Shown here one piece after another: positions 12,799 to 25,055 of a stretch of 64,000 bases of DNA. Every line of letters begins with the position of its first letter. Within the stretch, counting starts at the first letter, position 1. The position numbers and the translations under genes were made by a program. This DNA is from Octopus sinensis (lineage: Eukaryota): NCBI RefSeq assembly GCF_006345805.1, contig NC_043006.1, positions 102,052,001 through 102,116,000 of the forward strand. The letters are read 5' to 3'. The notes under the pieces were generated by a model. The model was given only the letters and a program-made list of their open reading frames with translations. It did no database searches and was not told the DNA's origin.

Positions 12799-15177
12799 CA
12801 CATATATATGCACACAACGTATACATACATATATAGGCTTTTATATATTTCCTTATTGTATTTAATGTTCTAACCAAGTTTACCTTCAATAAACTCTCTG
12901 TTCAACAGTTCACTTCTTGCATCAGGTTCTGTCTGTCTGTGTGTTTTTTAAGTGTGTGTGTTGCTCAACCAGGTATATTATTAATTTTACTTGGCTCAGC
13001 CAATTCAACTGGAAAATAGGTAGCATCACTCCTACTTCACAGTTGAATGGTTGCCATTTGGCAGAGCATCCAACTGTAAAAACAAAACACTTGCTGCAAC
13101 AATTCATGCAACCATTGAAAAACAATTTAACTTATGCTAGCTTGGGAGAAAACAAATGTAAAAATATTTAATATTACAAATATTGTTTGTATTAGGATGG
13201 TGATGATGATATTATTATCATTATTATTGTTGTTGTTGTTAATTGCGTTGTTGCTGTTATTTCCATGTTTCATACAAATTCCATCCTGTAGCATCAGGTT
13301 CACTTCTGAATGGCTCACAAGTGTAGAGTATTGTTTTATTGTTATGTTTGGCCTGATGCTAGTTATTACAGTTTGTTGTTATTGCTGTTATTACTCTTTT
13401 GTGATGGAGCTAATTATAACTCTCATATCTCTTACTTTTCTGGTATTGTCATTGGTCGATTTTTCTTCACTTGTTCATTCATTAGTTTAATGTCCATTTT
13501 ATTCCATGCTAGCATGGGTTGGACAGAAACCTTTTCGAGTTGCATTTTACAGTCAGATGCCCTTCCTGTTGACAATTCTTAATTGTTTTTCAGTAAGGGA
13601 TATTTTTCATTTCACTGGTTTTCAGAAGTGAATATAAACATCATACCACTCAGACAGAGATGTGAAGTGTCAACATCTGTACACACATACACAACACATA
13701 CATGATGGGTTTTTATAAGCTTCTGTTTACTAATTTCACTTGCAAGATATTGATCAGCTTGAAGCTGTTGTAGAAAATACTTGCACAAGGTTCTCATAAA
13801 AAGCTGGAACTCAAAACTGCATAGTTACAAAGTAAATTCTGTATCCATGCTGCCAAGTCTGCACCTATTACATATACATATATTATAAACTTTCCTGTCG
13901 TTAAACGGCAGATAAGAGTTCCACAATTTCTTGCTGAACAACTATGCTGATGCTTTGTTTATAGTGAAAAAACTCCTCCCTCAGATCAACCATGCCTGTA
14001 CATGTGCACAAGTGTGCCATACATCAGATGAAATTATTGCAGAGCAACGTAAAATGTAGGTCTTTGTTCAAGAAGACAACACACCACTCAGTCTGGGAAC
14101 TGAAACCATGATCTCACAATTATGAGTTCAACTCCTGAATCACTAGACCATATGCCTGCTTTATAAGTTGTTATCTATACGCAAGTTGGATGATTCTAAC
14201 TTTGTATACCATTAATGTTTCAAAGGAAATACATCAAGTACTAGCATGATTTTGGTGTCAGTTCTGTTGACTCCAGCAACTACCTTTGTTCTATACCAAA
14301 AGAAGTGTTTACTCTTATAATAGCGTCTCCCTCTCCCATTTTACTACCAACTTGTCTGATATGACTGGTATCATTAGTGTTCATATTTGGATGTAAATGA
14401 AAATATTAATCAAAATCTGATATGATCAAAGCATAACATTATGAGAACCACTTGGTCAACGTCAGCATCATAAGTAAATGAGTCTGTCATGAGCCAGCAG
14501 ATTTATTTGGCTGGATCTTATCCCAGTTTCCATGGTGTGTAAGCAACAGATTACAACTTTACTCCTTGAATGGGACATTAGTTCTTCACAGAGTTAACCC
14601 TCACCTCCATCTGTTGCTGATTCATATTTGTGGCTAAAGTAGACTGGAACAATGGGGAATCTTTTACTTAAGAATAAAATGCACTGCCTTATTTGGAAAT
14701 TGAAACTTTGCAATTGGGGGCCCGGCACAATCTGATTTTATTTCTTTTATGAGACTTTTTCATTCTGCTGCATTTAAATAGTAAACCGTTTTCTGTTCCA
14801 CATCCTTATAAAGTTCTTTACTATAACTAATTCTTACAAAATTTATCCTTGTTACTAGTTAAAAAAAATTAAAAAATGAAATTCCTCCTCTGAACCAGCA
14901 AGTCCACTTCTATTTCCAGTGAATTCACACATAAATTGTTTTGTTATTTAGTTTGTTTGTGTTATTTATCCTCTTCTTATTTATTACTGCTGCCTTCCCT
15001 ATTTTTACTATCTTTATTATTATTATCATTATTATTATGTTTATGCTAAAGAAGATTTTCTTCACTCTTTTTTCTAGTAATAATATAAGTTAATCCTCCC
15101 CTGCTTTTATATGTAACTACATGTAGGGCTCTGTAAAGTGAAAAAAGCAATTTTTTGGTTGTTTTCTATAAATGCAG

Positions 15178-15195
15178 AACACACATATATATGTG

Positions 15196-15226
<31 letters not shown>

Positions 15227-15228
15227 GT

Positions 15229-15259
<31 letters not shown>

Positions 15260-15280
15260 GTGTATATATATATATATGTG

Positions 15281-15353
<73 letters not shown>

Positions 15354-15365
15354 GTTATGTATATG
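15178..15365. repeat. Interrupted (TA)n microsatellite
   Basis: About 190 bp of TA repeats with periodic G interruptions. Confidence 0.95.
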
Positions 15366-15567
15366 TAAAAGTCATTCTGAGCGAGAAGTGCCAACTCTTT
15401 CAATCAGCCAGTCTGGTTTTTATCTTTACATTTTATGACCATACATCAGTTTATGGAGCTGAGGTTGTTATATGGATTGTGATGGTTGTAGGAGATCATA
15501 ATGTATTAAGGGAATTTGTGACCTACGGTCACAATCAACTCTCATAATACATTATGACCCAATGTTA

Positions 15568-15599
<32 letters not shown>

Positions 15600-16376
15600 T
15601 ATTGCCTCTATGTTAGAATTGTCACTACTTCTATTTCTCACTCTACTGAAATCAATAGAGTTAATCACACATTAATGGCTAAACACTGTTTCAGAAGTGT
15701 CAAGACATTTGATGGTTTTTTTTTCCCCCCAATATAATTTCCTGGGAGCTATATACATTGTGAAATATTTCAAGTGAATCCTTCATAAAATATGACAGGC
15801 CATTCTATGTATCTTTATTTTCCATGTTCTATTTTTATGCTTTCAATCATATTATTTACATGGCAAAGAGGAGTAAAATGAAATCTACTGCTATGAGAAG
15901 TTTAACAAACTTCCTATCAGTTTAAGACCGACACGCAACAAAATATTTTGGGTCTTGTTTCTTCTTGATACAGTTCTATCTCTGTGTCACATTATCCACA
16001 GCAGACTGAGTAGCGAAGCAAACCAATCTTTCATTCCTTTTAGAATGTAACATGTTTCTCACTTTGAAATATCTCAAGAGTGACAGAATTTTAAATCCTC
16101 TTCCTAAACCGATGCTTAACAGCTTTGTGTTTCCAGTCAAACCATTTTTATAGCCACTTACTTCTTTATCATAACTGCTTTGTTCTGGTCACAGAGCTTG
16201 CTCACCGAAAGTTGTTAATTACTCTTGTTCCTTTGTCTCTTTGTGCTGAAGCAAAGTTTCACAAGACTAGGGATATCTAGTATCAAAGAAAACACACCAA
16301 CATCAAAGGACCAAATAACATTACCACCAAAAAAGAAAAAGTTAAAAAAAAAACATGTATTTTATGTGTGTGTGCG

Positions 16377-16408
<32 letters not shown>

Positions 16409-16875
16409 CACACACATATCAAAAGGAAAAGAAGCTTGGAAATATTTTTTTAATACTGATTCCAGGTCAGTTCCCAGCTAGTAGAGTTGATAAGAGCCGA
16501 TTCTTTGAAACATTGCATTTGCTTCAGATCATGTATAAAGAATGGTAAATGGTGGGATCAATAGGGTTGCTGGTCCGAATAAATGTCAAAAGGGTTAAAA
16601 GTAATAAGCTTAGCTAAAACTGACAATATCTCACTGTCCAAAACCTGAATCCACTTGACCAGATTTTTTTTCTTTTTTTTTTGTGATAGTTACAAAATTA
16701 TGTAGCTCTCAATAAATGGGCAGCTGACTGGCATCAGCAGTTCAAATCCAGATATTCTCTGCTAGTATAAGCAGTGCAATATATATTTGTCCCTTTCAGC
16801 AACAAGACTTGTGTATAAGCTAGATACCATTATTAGGTATCTATAATATAAGTGATTTGTCAGCAGTTTAATCTA

Positions 16876-17786
16876 TTGGGTCATCCCATAAATAATGCGT
16901 TTTTTTCGATTACATGAACTAAAAGTTGGAGGGGGACAGGATAAACTACCTGCAACACCTTGCTATAAAAGCAGGTAGTAATTTTACCTTGTGCATATTC
17001 TTAGTGCAAGTTTTAAAGAGTGCAGTTTGATTTTAACAGTTATATTTTCAAAGCTGTAATGGACATGACAAAGGAGCATATTTGGCATATTTTACTTTAT
17101 GGCTTCAATAAAGGCAACAACACAGCAGAAAGTGCAAGGAATGTTAATGCAGTATATGGGGACTGGGCACCAAGTGTAAGCCAGTGTGAATAGTGTTTCC
17201 AGAAATTACAGCCTAGAAGACAAGCCTCATCCTGGAAGATCTGTTGAGTTTGATGAAGAGATCCTGCAAATCCTGGTGGACCAAAATCCCATCGTAACTG
17301 TTGAAGAACTGGCAGAGAAGCTTGGATTTGGTCACTCAACCATTCATCAACACCTGCATGCCATCGGAAAACGACTATCTTGGTTTCAAGATGAAAGGTG
17401 TTCTTCCATCAGGATAATGCTCTGCCACATACAGCAAGGATGACATTCCAAAGGCTGGAGCACTTTGAATGGGAAATGATGCCCCACCCACCATTTTCGC
17501 TGGACATTGCCCCATCTGATTATCATTTATTCCACAGTCTTCAAAATTATTTGGACGGAAAAAATATGAATTCTGTAGATGAGGTCAAAACAGTAGTGGA
17601 GGAGTATTTTTCATCACAAACAAGTGAATTTTGGAAGAGGGGCCTTGCAAGTCTACAAGATAGATGGAAGACCATTGTAGAAAATGAAGGAGAGTATATT
17701 TTAGATTAAAAAAGAAATTTGTTTATTTTAATTTTGAAAAATAAAAGAAATGTAAAAACAAACGTATTATTTATGGGATGGCCCAA
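16876..17786 (+). mobile_element. Mariner DNA transposon with internal deletion (911 bp)
   Basis: TIRs TTGGGTCATCCCATAAATAATGCG / CGTATTATTTATGGGATGGCCCAA, with TA on both sides (16874-75 and 17787-88). Confidence 0.95.
17059..17709 (+). pseudogene. Mariner (DD34D) transposase pseudogene
   Basis: MDMTKEHIWHILLY...GRSVEFDEE...HSTIHQHLHAIGK is joined to FFHQDNALPHTA...PHPPFSLDIAPSDYHLF...EGEYILD*. It has a stop and frameshifts, and the WVPHEL/first-Asp region is missing. Confidence 0.9.
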
Positions 17787-18202
17787 TATTTTGCCACCAA
17801 TCTAAAACTCCACTTGAGCCAATGAAGGAGCCTCTACATGATTGCTAGAAATAGCTGAAAATTCACTCTCAGTCTGTCTTTAGAAAGGAAGGACACATTA
17901 GATAATGAAATCTAAGATACAAAATGCCTGAATAGAAGACAGGACTGTCATGGCTAAATGTCTTTGAGGATGAATATTTTTCTTTTTCCCATTTTCCTTT
18001 TTTCTTTTCCATCAAGTTTAGTTTAAAGAATGTGTTTTACCTTTTGAAATTGTTGACATTGTTTTTGTTTTTTTTGTTGATAATATATATATGGATATAT
18101 TTATGAGGATATTTATAACAGGTTGTGTAATGAGGATTCTTATATGTTAGAGACAATGAGTTTAATGAGTTTGTGTGTGTGATGCTATTACATGCATCTG
18201 TC

Positions 18203-19440
18203 TATATCAGTTTGCACATAAGGAAAGATGAACAATTTATTTTTATACAATTTATTCATTGAAATAAATTGCTTAAGATTGCTATCTGCATAAACAAACA
18301 ATAGTCAAGGTAGTGTTATCAAGAAATGAGCCTTAATAAAGTAATTAGAAACATTTAGACAGGGAAGAAAAGACAAAATTAGTCAATAGTTAAAGTTATT
18401 TCAATTATTTCCTTATAGGAGACAACTCTCAATATGTTTTGGCCTTATTAGACTTCTTCAGCAGAGCATAAATTTCACCATATTTGTTGTGAGAAGATCC
18501 CTGAGTAGATGTACAACGTTGTACATAGTTAAGTGTGAAAATTAGCATATTTTACAGAACAAAAGACAACATTGTAATGAAGGTATTTTGAGGAATGGGT
18601 TTTTCTTTGTAGGTGTGTAGAAAAAATTTTATATCTACATTTCTATGAATCTTTTGACAATACTATTCAGATAGATAGATATATAGACAGACAGAAATTA
18701 ACACACACACACACTCCAGTCAGAAGAGAAAGAGAGTAAGAAAAATATAAAAACTTGAATGCATTCACAGAAATTTTGTGTGAATGGATGTTGTTTGCAT
18801 TAGCCCAACACATGCTGTTCCAGCAGTCCTTACTGATGATGTCTACAGAATAAACGACACTAGATGTTTAGTCTGAGGATTTTCAAGTCAGCATGGGGCA
18901 GTTGCTTCCTCTGTCAGCATATGTGTGTATGCATATCTGCACTCTTCCTGCTGCATAAAGAATATTTTAACTCTTATTTCTTGCAATGTCGGTGCATCAG
19001 CACCCTTAGTCACACTTAGGGACAATTGAATTTTACCTTTATGGTATCACACTGTGCCTAGCTGATTATATTAATTTTATATACATACATAGATACATAC
19101 ATACACACACACACACACATTATATATATATAAAACATAAAGGGACAAAACACAGGACAAAAGTTACAAAGGGTTTTGTCTGTTTGAAAAAAGTCCATGT
19201 ATGGCCAGTATGAACGGACCAATTCTGAGGATACACCTGTGAAAAATTAAAAGGAAATATAAAAGGAGAAAGGGGCACTCTACCTGCCTTTTGGCCAGGC
19301 TCCCGTGGCTTTTATGGGTTTTTCCATGAGTAACCTGACTATTGTTTGTTTATGCATATAGCAATCTTAAACAATTTATTTCAATGAATAAATTGCATAA
19401 AAATAAATTGTTCATTTTTCCTTATGTGCAAACTGATATA
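18203..19440. repeat. Long inverted repeat (105-bp arms, ~1.03-kb spacer); possible TIR element
   Basis: 18203-18307 is the reverse complement of 19336-19440, with 4 mismatches by my reading. Confidence 0.9.
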
Positions 19441-19442
19441 TA

Positions 19443-19488
<46 letters not shown>

Positions 19489-19500
19489 TACATATATATA

Positions 19501-19953
19501 ATGGAATTTACGTGGGTCTACTCTTGCATAACAAGTCATCATTCCTAACAGGCAGTCCATTTCCATGAACTCCATAAACCAATCATTTCTGTCCACTTCT
19601 TGAGCTTCTGTTTCACCATTCCTAAAGGTCCAATGATATTTGGTGTGACCCTTTTTCTGCAACCCCACAGTTCACTTATCTCTCTTTTCAGGTTCTGGTA
19701 TATGTCTTCCCTGTTAATTTCTTCTTTCTTGTGTTTTCTTGTATCAAATGGATAGGCCACATCACTTGTGTAGCAAATTCATTCCTTCTTCTCAAACACC
19801 AATATAGCTGGTCTGTTATACTCTAGGACATGATCTGTTTGGTCAGAAAGTCCCAAACAGTTTTAACTGCATTATTCACAGTTGCATGCTCATACCACTT
19901 GTGTTCTGATTGAAATCCATACTTCTTATTACACATGTCCCAGTAGATGATCT
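19501..19953 (-). mobile_element. R4/Dong-type non-LTR retrotransposon fragment, restriction-like endonuclease domain
   Basis: Minus-strand frames read IIYWDMC..KYG..KWYEH..VWDF, QTDHVLEYNRPAILV, DVAYPFD..KEE..YQNLKREISELWG..VTPNIIGPLG and CLLG. This is the PD-(D/E)xK RLE pattern. Confidence 0.8.
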
Positions 19954-19964
19954 ATTATTATTAT

Positions 19965-20790
19965 TAAGACAGCAAGCTGGCTAAATCATTTGCGCACTGG
20001 ACAATATGCTTAGCGGCAACTTATCCACCTTTACATTCTGAGTTCAAATTCCGCCAAGGTCACCTTTTCCTTTCATACTTTTGGGGTTCTAAAATAAGTA
20101 CCAGTTGAGCACCACGAGCAATGTAATTGAATAGCCCTGTAACGAACTTAGTGTGAAGTGTGAATATCTTCGTGCACTTTTGGGGTGCACAAAGCAATCA
20201 CTCACTAGCCGTTGCTTTAATAATCCAGAATCTCTGCCCGTCAGAAACAACAAAACGCAGACGTGAAATATATATAACTACTTTATTCTCTTTCTTGGTA
20301 ACAATAACAATAAGTGTGTTATCTGATGTCCTTGATTCTGGGCGCGCAAGGCTGAAAGTTAATAGATTGTAATATTTACAATCTTCAGCCCAAAAACAGA
20401 AAGGGGTCAAGATGGCGTCGAACAGGGAAGTGAATGTGGTCGGCAACAATTTGGTTAAAGGCATTCGGCCGACTGCTATCAGAGCTGGACAACGAGAATA
20501 TACGCGTGACCGCCGCCTTCAATCGCTGGGTCCCAAGTCGCCGCTTGCTGCTGCTAGTGGTCAAACGTTCTACGGCCCCCCTGCCTCGCTAACCACCACG
20601 ATAGGCAAGCGGGTCGTGCTTCCGGTGGTTCGCGCATGCACGAGAGGGGCCTTCCTTTCTGTGCCTTGGTAAAGGCACCAACACGCGCGAAATACAAATG
20701 GACGGCGCGCGCGCACGCACCGTTGTAATATCACTACAGCCCCATCCCACTAAATTTCCAGCCTTGTACCTACAATAGGAAGGATTATTA
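19965..20790 (+). mobile_element. SINE family C ((ATT)n tail), split by a solo LTR
   Basis: Removing 20138-20738 and one GCCC restores ATGTAATTGAATAGCCCCATCCCACTAAATTTCCAGCCTTG. This is colinear with the intact copy at 20885-21115. Confidence 0.85.
20138..20738 (-). mobile_element. Solo LTR (601 bp), probably Ty3/Gypsy-type
   Basis: TGTA...TACA termini and a 4-bp TSD GCCC (20134-37 and 20739-42). The segment is CpG-rich. Minus-strand AATAAAG at 20281-87 is the basis for orientation. There is no adjacent PBS, PPT or internal sequence. Confidence 0.85.
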
Positions 20791-20812
20791 TTATTATTAT
20801 CATTATTATTAT

Positions 20813-20843
<31 letters not shown>

Positions 20844-20884
20844 GGTGGCGACGGCAGCGGTGGTGGTGGTGGTGGTAGTAGTAG

Positions 20885-21115
20885 TAAGCCAGCAAGCTGG
20901 CACAATTGCTAGTACACCTGGTGAAATGCTTAGCAGTATTCGTCAGCCACTATGTTGTAAGTTAAAATTCCACTGTGGTCGACTTTGCCTTTCATCCTTT
21001 CGATAAAATTAGTACTAGTTATGCACTGGGGTCGATGTAATTGACTTAATCCCTTCCCCCAAATTTGAGGCCTTGTGCTTCCAGTAGAAAGGGTTATTAT
21101 TATTATTATTATTGT
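20885..21115 (+). mobile_element. SINE family C, intact
   Basis: GCAAGCTGGCAC head, GTTAAAATTCCACTGTGGTCGACTTTGCCTTTCATCC body and (TTA)n tail. Confidence 0.8.
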
Positions 21116-21477
21116 TATATAGAATTTCAACAAAGTTGCAGCTAAGTGAAGACTATCAACTGAAAATATAGGACTATTATAAGACTAATATATGATGTCT
21201 TAGTTTTCTTTAGCAAACCAGAGTGCCTTGACTTTCTCTGTTTGGATTTTATAGCTTAGGGAGTTGTGTCATGAACATGGTAGAAAAGTTTAAATACCAA
21301 ATTTTTCTTCTCATACCAATCCCTTGTTAACTCTTTCAAGAATCACTTGACAAAAGTAAAACTAGATCTTCTCTCCAATGAAATCTATGAACAGTGAATG
21401 TGAGAAAACTAATGTAGCTACATAGGCCCACTCTAAATATGTAGCCGTAGCCTGGTGATAAGAACTAGAAGAATTCT

Positions 21478-21898
21478 GGTTTAAGCACTCCACATAACCC
21501 TTCATAACTTTTTTATTCTTTTGAATTTTTAGAAAAGTTTTATTAATTTGTATACTAGACAGAGAAATTCATATGATTATGAGAAAAAAGATTTGCTTTT
21601 AGTGTAATTTAAAGGCGATTCAGCTGATGTTTTTCTATATTCTTCTCCCTGTAAACACAATTAGCGGTCCATTGCTGGGATTTGATCAACATTTTGGCCT
21701 ATCTGTATTTTAAACTCTGATTTAAAAAAAAAAATTCAGAAATGAGTGGAAATTTTAGATTTTATGGAGGTTAAAAATATAGAAAAGATTTTTTGTTTCA
21801 TAGTCATATAAATCCCCATGTGTAGAACACAAATTCACAAAAATTTTCTAAAAATTCAAAAAAAAAGTTATGAGGGGTTATATGGGGTACTTAAACCC
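21478..21898. mobile_element. MITE-like element with ~110-bp imperfect TIRs
   Basis: GGTTTAAGCACTCCACATAACCCTTCATAAC... pairs with ...GTTATGAGGGGTTATATGGGGTACTTAAACC. Confidence 0.7.
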
Positions 21899-22074
21899 TT
21901 GCTTTTTAGTATAGATTAGATTTTGGGTGGGCGACTCTGGATTATTCTGCATGATCAGCTTCTATTCTGGGTGATCATTTCTTCTGATTTTCTTCTTCTT
22001 TATTGTTATTCCTTATTTATTAATATTACTTTACTCAGTGTAAATCCTGCACTCCAACATCTTCAGCAATAAAC

Positions 22075-22118
22075 CATCATCATCATTATTATTATTATTG
22101 TTGTTATTATTATTATTA

Positions 22119-22162
<44 letters not shown>
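22075..22162. repeat. (TTA)n microsatellite
   Basis: A long, slightly interrupted tattattat array. Confidence 0.95.
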
Positions 22163-22165
<3 letters not shown>

Positions 22166-22355
22166 TAGTTTTATTTTTATAGCGTGCTTTCACTTCACTA
22201 CCGAGCGCAGCTCTGTGTGCCTTGGGTATGCGCTGTGATTTGTTGTGATGCTCTGATGGTTATTGTATGGAAAGTGTTCTGCGTAGGATGTGTGCAGTGC
22301 CTAGTAGTGCAATTTTCTGTATGTTCTGTGTGTTTGTAAGTCCTGGTGTTTAGGG
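22163..22355 (-). mobile_element. R4/Dong-type LINE extreme 3' end (ORF end plus 3' UTR)
   Basis: The minus strand reads TPGLTNTQNIQKIALLGTAHILRRTLSIQ* (stop at 22260-62), then a ~100-nt UTR running directly into (AAT)n. Confidence 0.8.
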
Positions 22356-23736
22356 TTCGTTGCTGTATCCAAGTCTATATTTATGTTATTTTCCTTCCGT
22401 ATTTTATATGTATGTGTTGTTGTGTTTTCATATTTTGGGTAGAGCATTATTATTATTATTATCATTATTATTATTATTATTTACTTATTTATTTATTTAT
22501 CTGAACAGGGAAACAACAGTTCATTATTCTCTGCTTAACTTTGATTCCAAACATCAAGAATATATTTATTCTAGTCAATCCATAATACTCTCAAATTGTG
22601 AAGAATACAGTCTTAAAAGCATTGTTTCCTTGGCCTGAGGTGAAATTCTAAGATCAAGACAGTTATTTCATCATCTTCATTATTATCATTATTATTATTA
22701 TTATCATCATCATTGATTCTGTTGCCAACAAAGAAGTAACATATCATTTACACAAAATATCTAATAGCAACATAAGTATCAATTTGTCTGTCACTATGTG
22801 TTTATTAATGCGTATGTGTGTGTGTCTGTGTGTACAACACACAAACACACAGAGATATACATTACACTCACTCACACTCACACTCACAGCATACATGCAT
22901 ATATATATATATATTTCTGTACACGCACACACATTAGGCATGCATATAGGGGTTGGCACCACTCCACTGTGTCGCTAAGAATTTTGCTTTCCAACCATGT
23001 GGCTTCAAGTTCAGTCCCACTGCATAGCACCTTTGACATGTGTCTTCTATCATAGCCAGGGCCAACCAATGCCTGCTTTGTGAATGGATTTGTTTGATTT
23101 AAATTTAAAGTTTGTCACACACACACACACACAACACACACACACACACCACACACACACATATACATAGTTGAAAAGTGGTTAAGAGCCCATAGAAATA
23201 AAAAATTATAGTAAAAAAAGGAAGTAAAGTTGGAAAAGGCAGGGAAGTATATTTTAGAGAATGTTTAATAAAATAAGACCGGTTTCATCATATCATATAT
23301 GTCTTATCATATACACACACACACACACACCACACACACACACACATGTATACATGTGTGTGTGTATGGTTGTGTCTCCTTGTCTTGACATTGCACAATA
23401 GTTGTAAACAAGTGCCACCATCATACCACTGATGTTTTGTTTCCAATCTTTCTCAAAAACATATCTGGTCATGGTGTAATATAATCGTACTTGGAATCAG
23501 GAGCTGGCAATAAGAAGGGCATCTGGCTGTAGAAAATCGACCTCAACAAATTCTGCATTTGAAAGTAGATGTGAAAACAATGGTGATGATGATGATGATA
23601 ATTGATAATAAATTATATATATATTTGTGTGAGATTTTATCGTTACTGAATTTGGTTCAATCAAAGTAGACTTCTTTCAAATTTAGTGCTCAATATATTA
23701 TAGAAAGTTTTATAAGGTTGAAACAATCATTGAAAA

Positions 23737-23781
<45 letters not shown>

Positions 23782-23801
23782 TTTATATAATATATATATA
23801 T

Positions 23802-23853
<52 letters not shown>

Positions 23854-23877
23854 TTGAGTATATAGATAGATAGGTAG

Positions 23878-23922
<45 letters not shown>

Positions 23923-23938
23923 TATATATATATATATA

Positions 23939-23988
<50 letters not shown>

Positions 23989-24319
23989 TTGAGTATATAG
24001 ATAGATAGGTAGACATACATATATATATATATACACATACACACACACACATACATACATATTGGTATGCCAGCATGGAAGGTAGGTATTAAATGGCAAT
24101 GATGATATGTGTGTGTGTGTATTTATATATGTATATATTTATATGTATTTATATGTGTGTGTGTATATGTATAGTTGTGTGTATATAAACATATATATAT
24201 ATATATGCGTGTGTTGATACACATGCAAAAACATATGCTCAGTAAAGAGGATTACTCGAAGCTAAAATATTCTCTTGTAGTTGTCTTTCTGTGAAGAGAC
24301 AGCCAAATGAATTCTCCTC

Positions 24320-24430
24320 CTAATCAATTGTGTTAATTCTTTTTCTAATACTTTCATAACTTGGTCCATCACTTTGATACTTCTAAATTTGCTAATTTCT
24401 AATGCATTCCTTTGCCTTGTAATTGTTGAC
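24320..24430 (-). mobile_element. Degenerate RTE reverse-transcriptase fragment
   Basis: The minus strand reads YKGKGNALEISKFRSIKVMDQVMKVLEK (cf. RTE YKGKGDALxxxNYRGIKLLDQVMKVLER). Confidence 0.65.
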
Positions 24431-24891
24431 GATTATACCGCTTCACTAGTTATTGGGTATGACACATCTCTGTATTATCTGATGAGGTATGCAACTGACT
24501 TGAGTCTTGATGGGTCAGCTGGTTTCCTTATCTCGATGTCCTTAATGGCTATATTATTCATATAACCATCGCCTTTAGTAGCTGCTCCTTCTTTTGAGTA
24601 TATTTGAGGTAATTCCTCTTTCTCATGTATTTATACATACAGGGATAAATACATAGACTTCATACATAAATATGCATATGTACGTGTGTGTGTGTGTGTG
24701 TGTTCGCACACACATATTATCTTACCAGAATTTGAATGCTAATTGGAAATTGAAGGAAAAGGGGCAATAGACATCGCAATATTTCCAACTCTAATATCAC
24801 AGTGTCCTTTCTTCAAAGTCAGGTCATCAAAAGAAATAGAGAATATCAATGTTATAGTAACATATATAAATAGCTATTGTTCATTTGTGTT

Positions 24892-24924
<33 letters not shown>

Positions 24925-24929
<5 letters not shown>

Positions 24930-25006
24930 CTTGATCACCTTGACCGACCAGTCCGTCAGGCGTCCATTTGACACCGCTGGTCACAGCACGCTGTCCACTC
25001 CTCTCT

Positions 25007-25008
<2 letters not shown>
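24925..25008 (-). mobile_element. Very short LINE-like 3' tail inside a (TA)n array
   Basis: An 84-bp GC-rich island that ends, on the minus strand, in a CAAGGTGAT x2 tail and is flanked by TA repeats on both sides. Confidence 0.5.

Positions 25009-25055
<47 letters not shown>

Noticed and set aside
15107-15547. Several overlapping YI/IY-rich ORFs (also at 23783, 35016, 36261, 40419, 52888)
   Set aside because: They are microsatellite read-through on both strands with no coding signal.
20160-20903. ORFs in the GC-rich segment, read as a host gene or CpG-island promoter
   Set aside because: The segment is bounded by TG...CA and a TSD, so it is better explained as a solo LTR. The 20589 ORF also runs through trinucleotide repeats.
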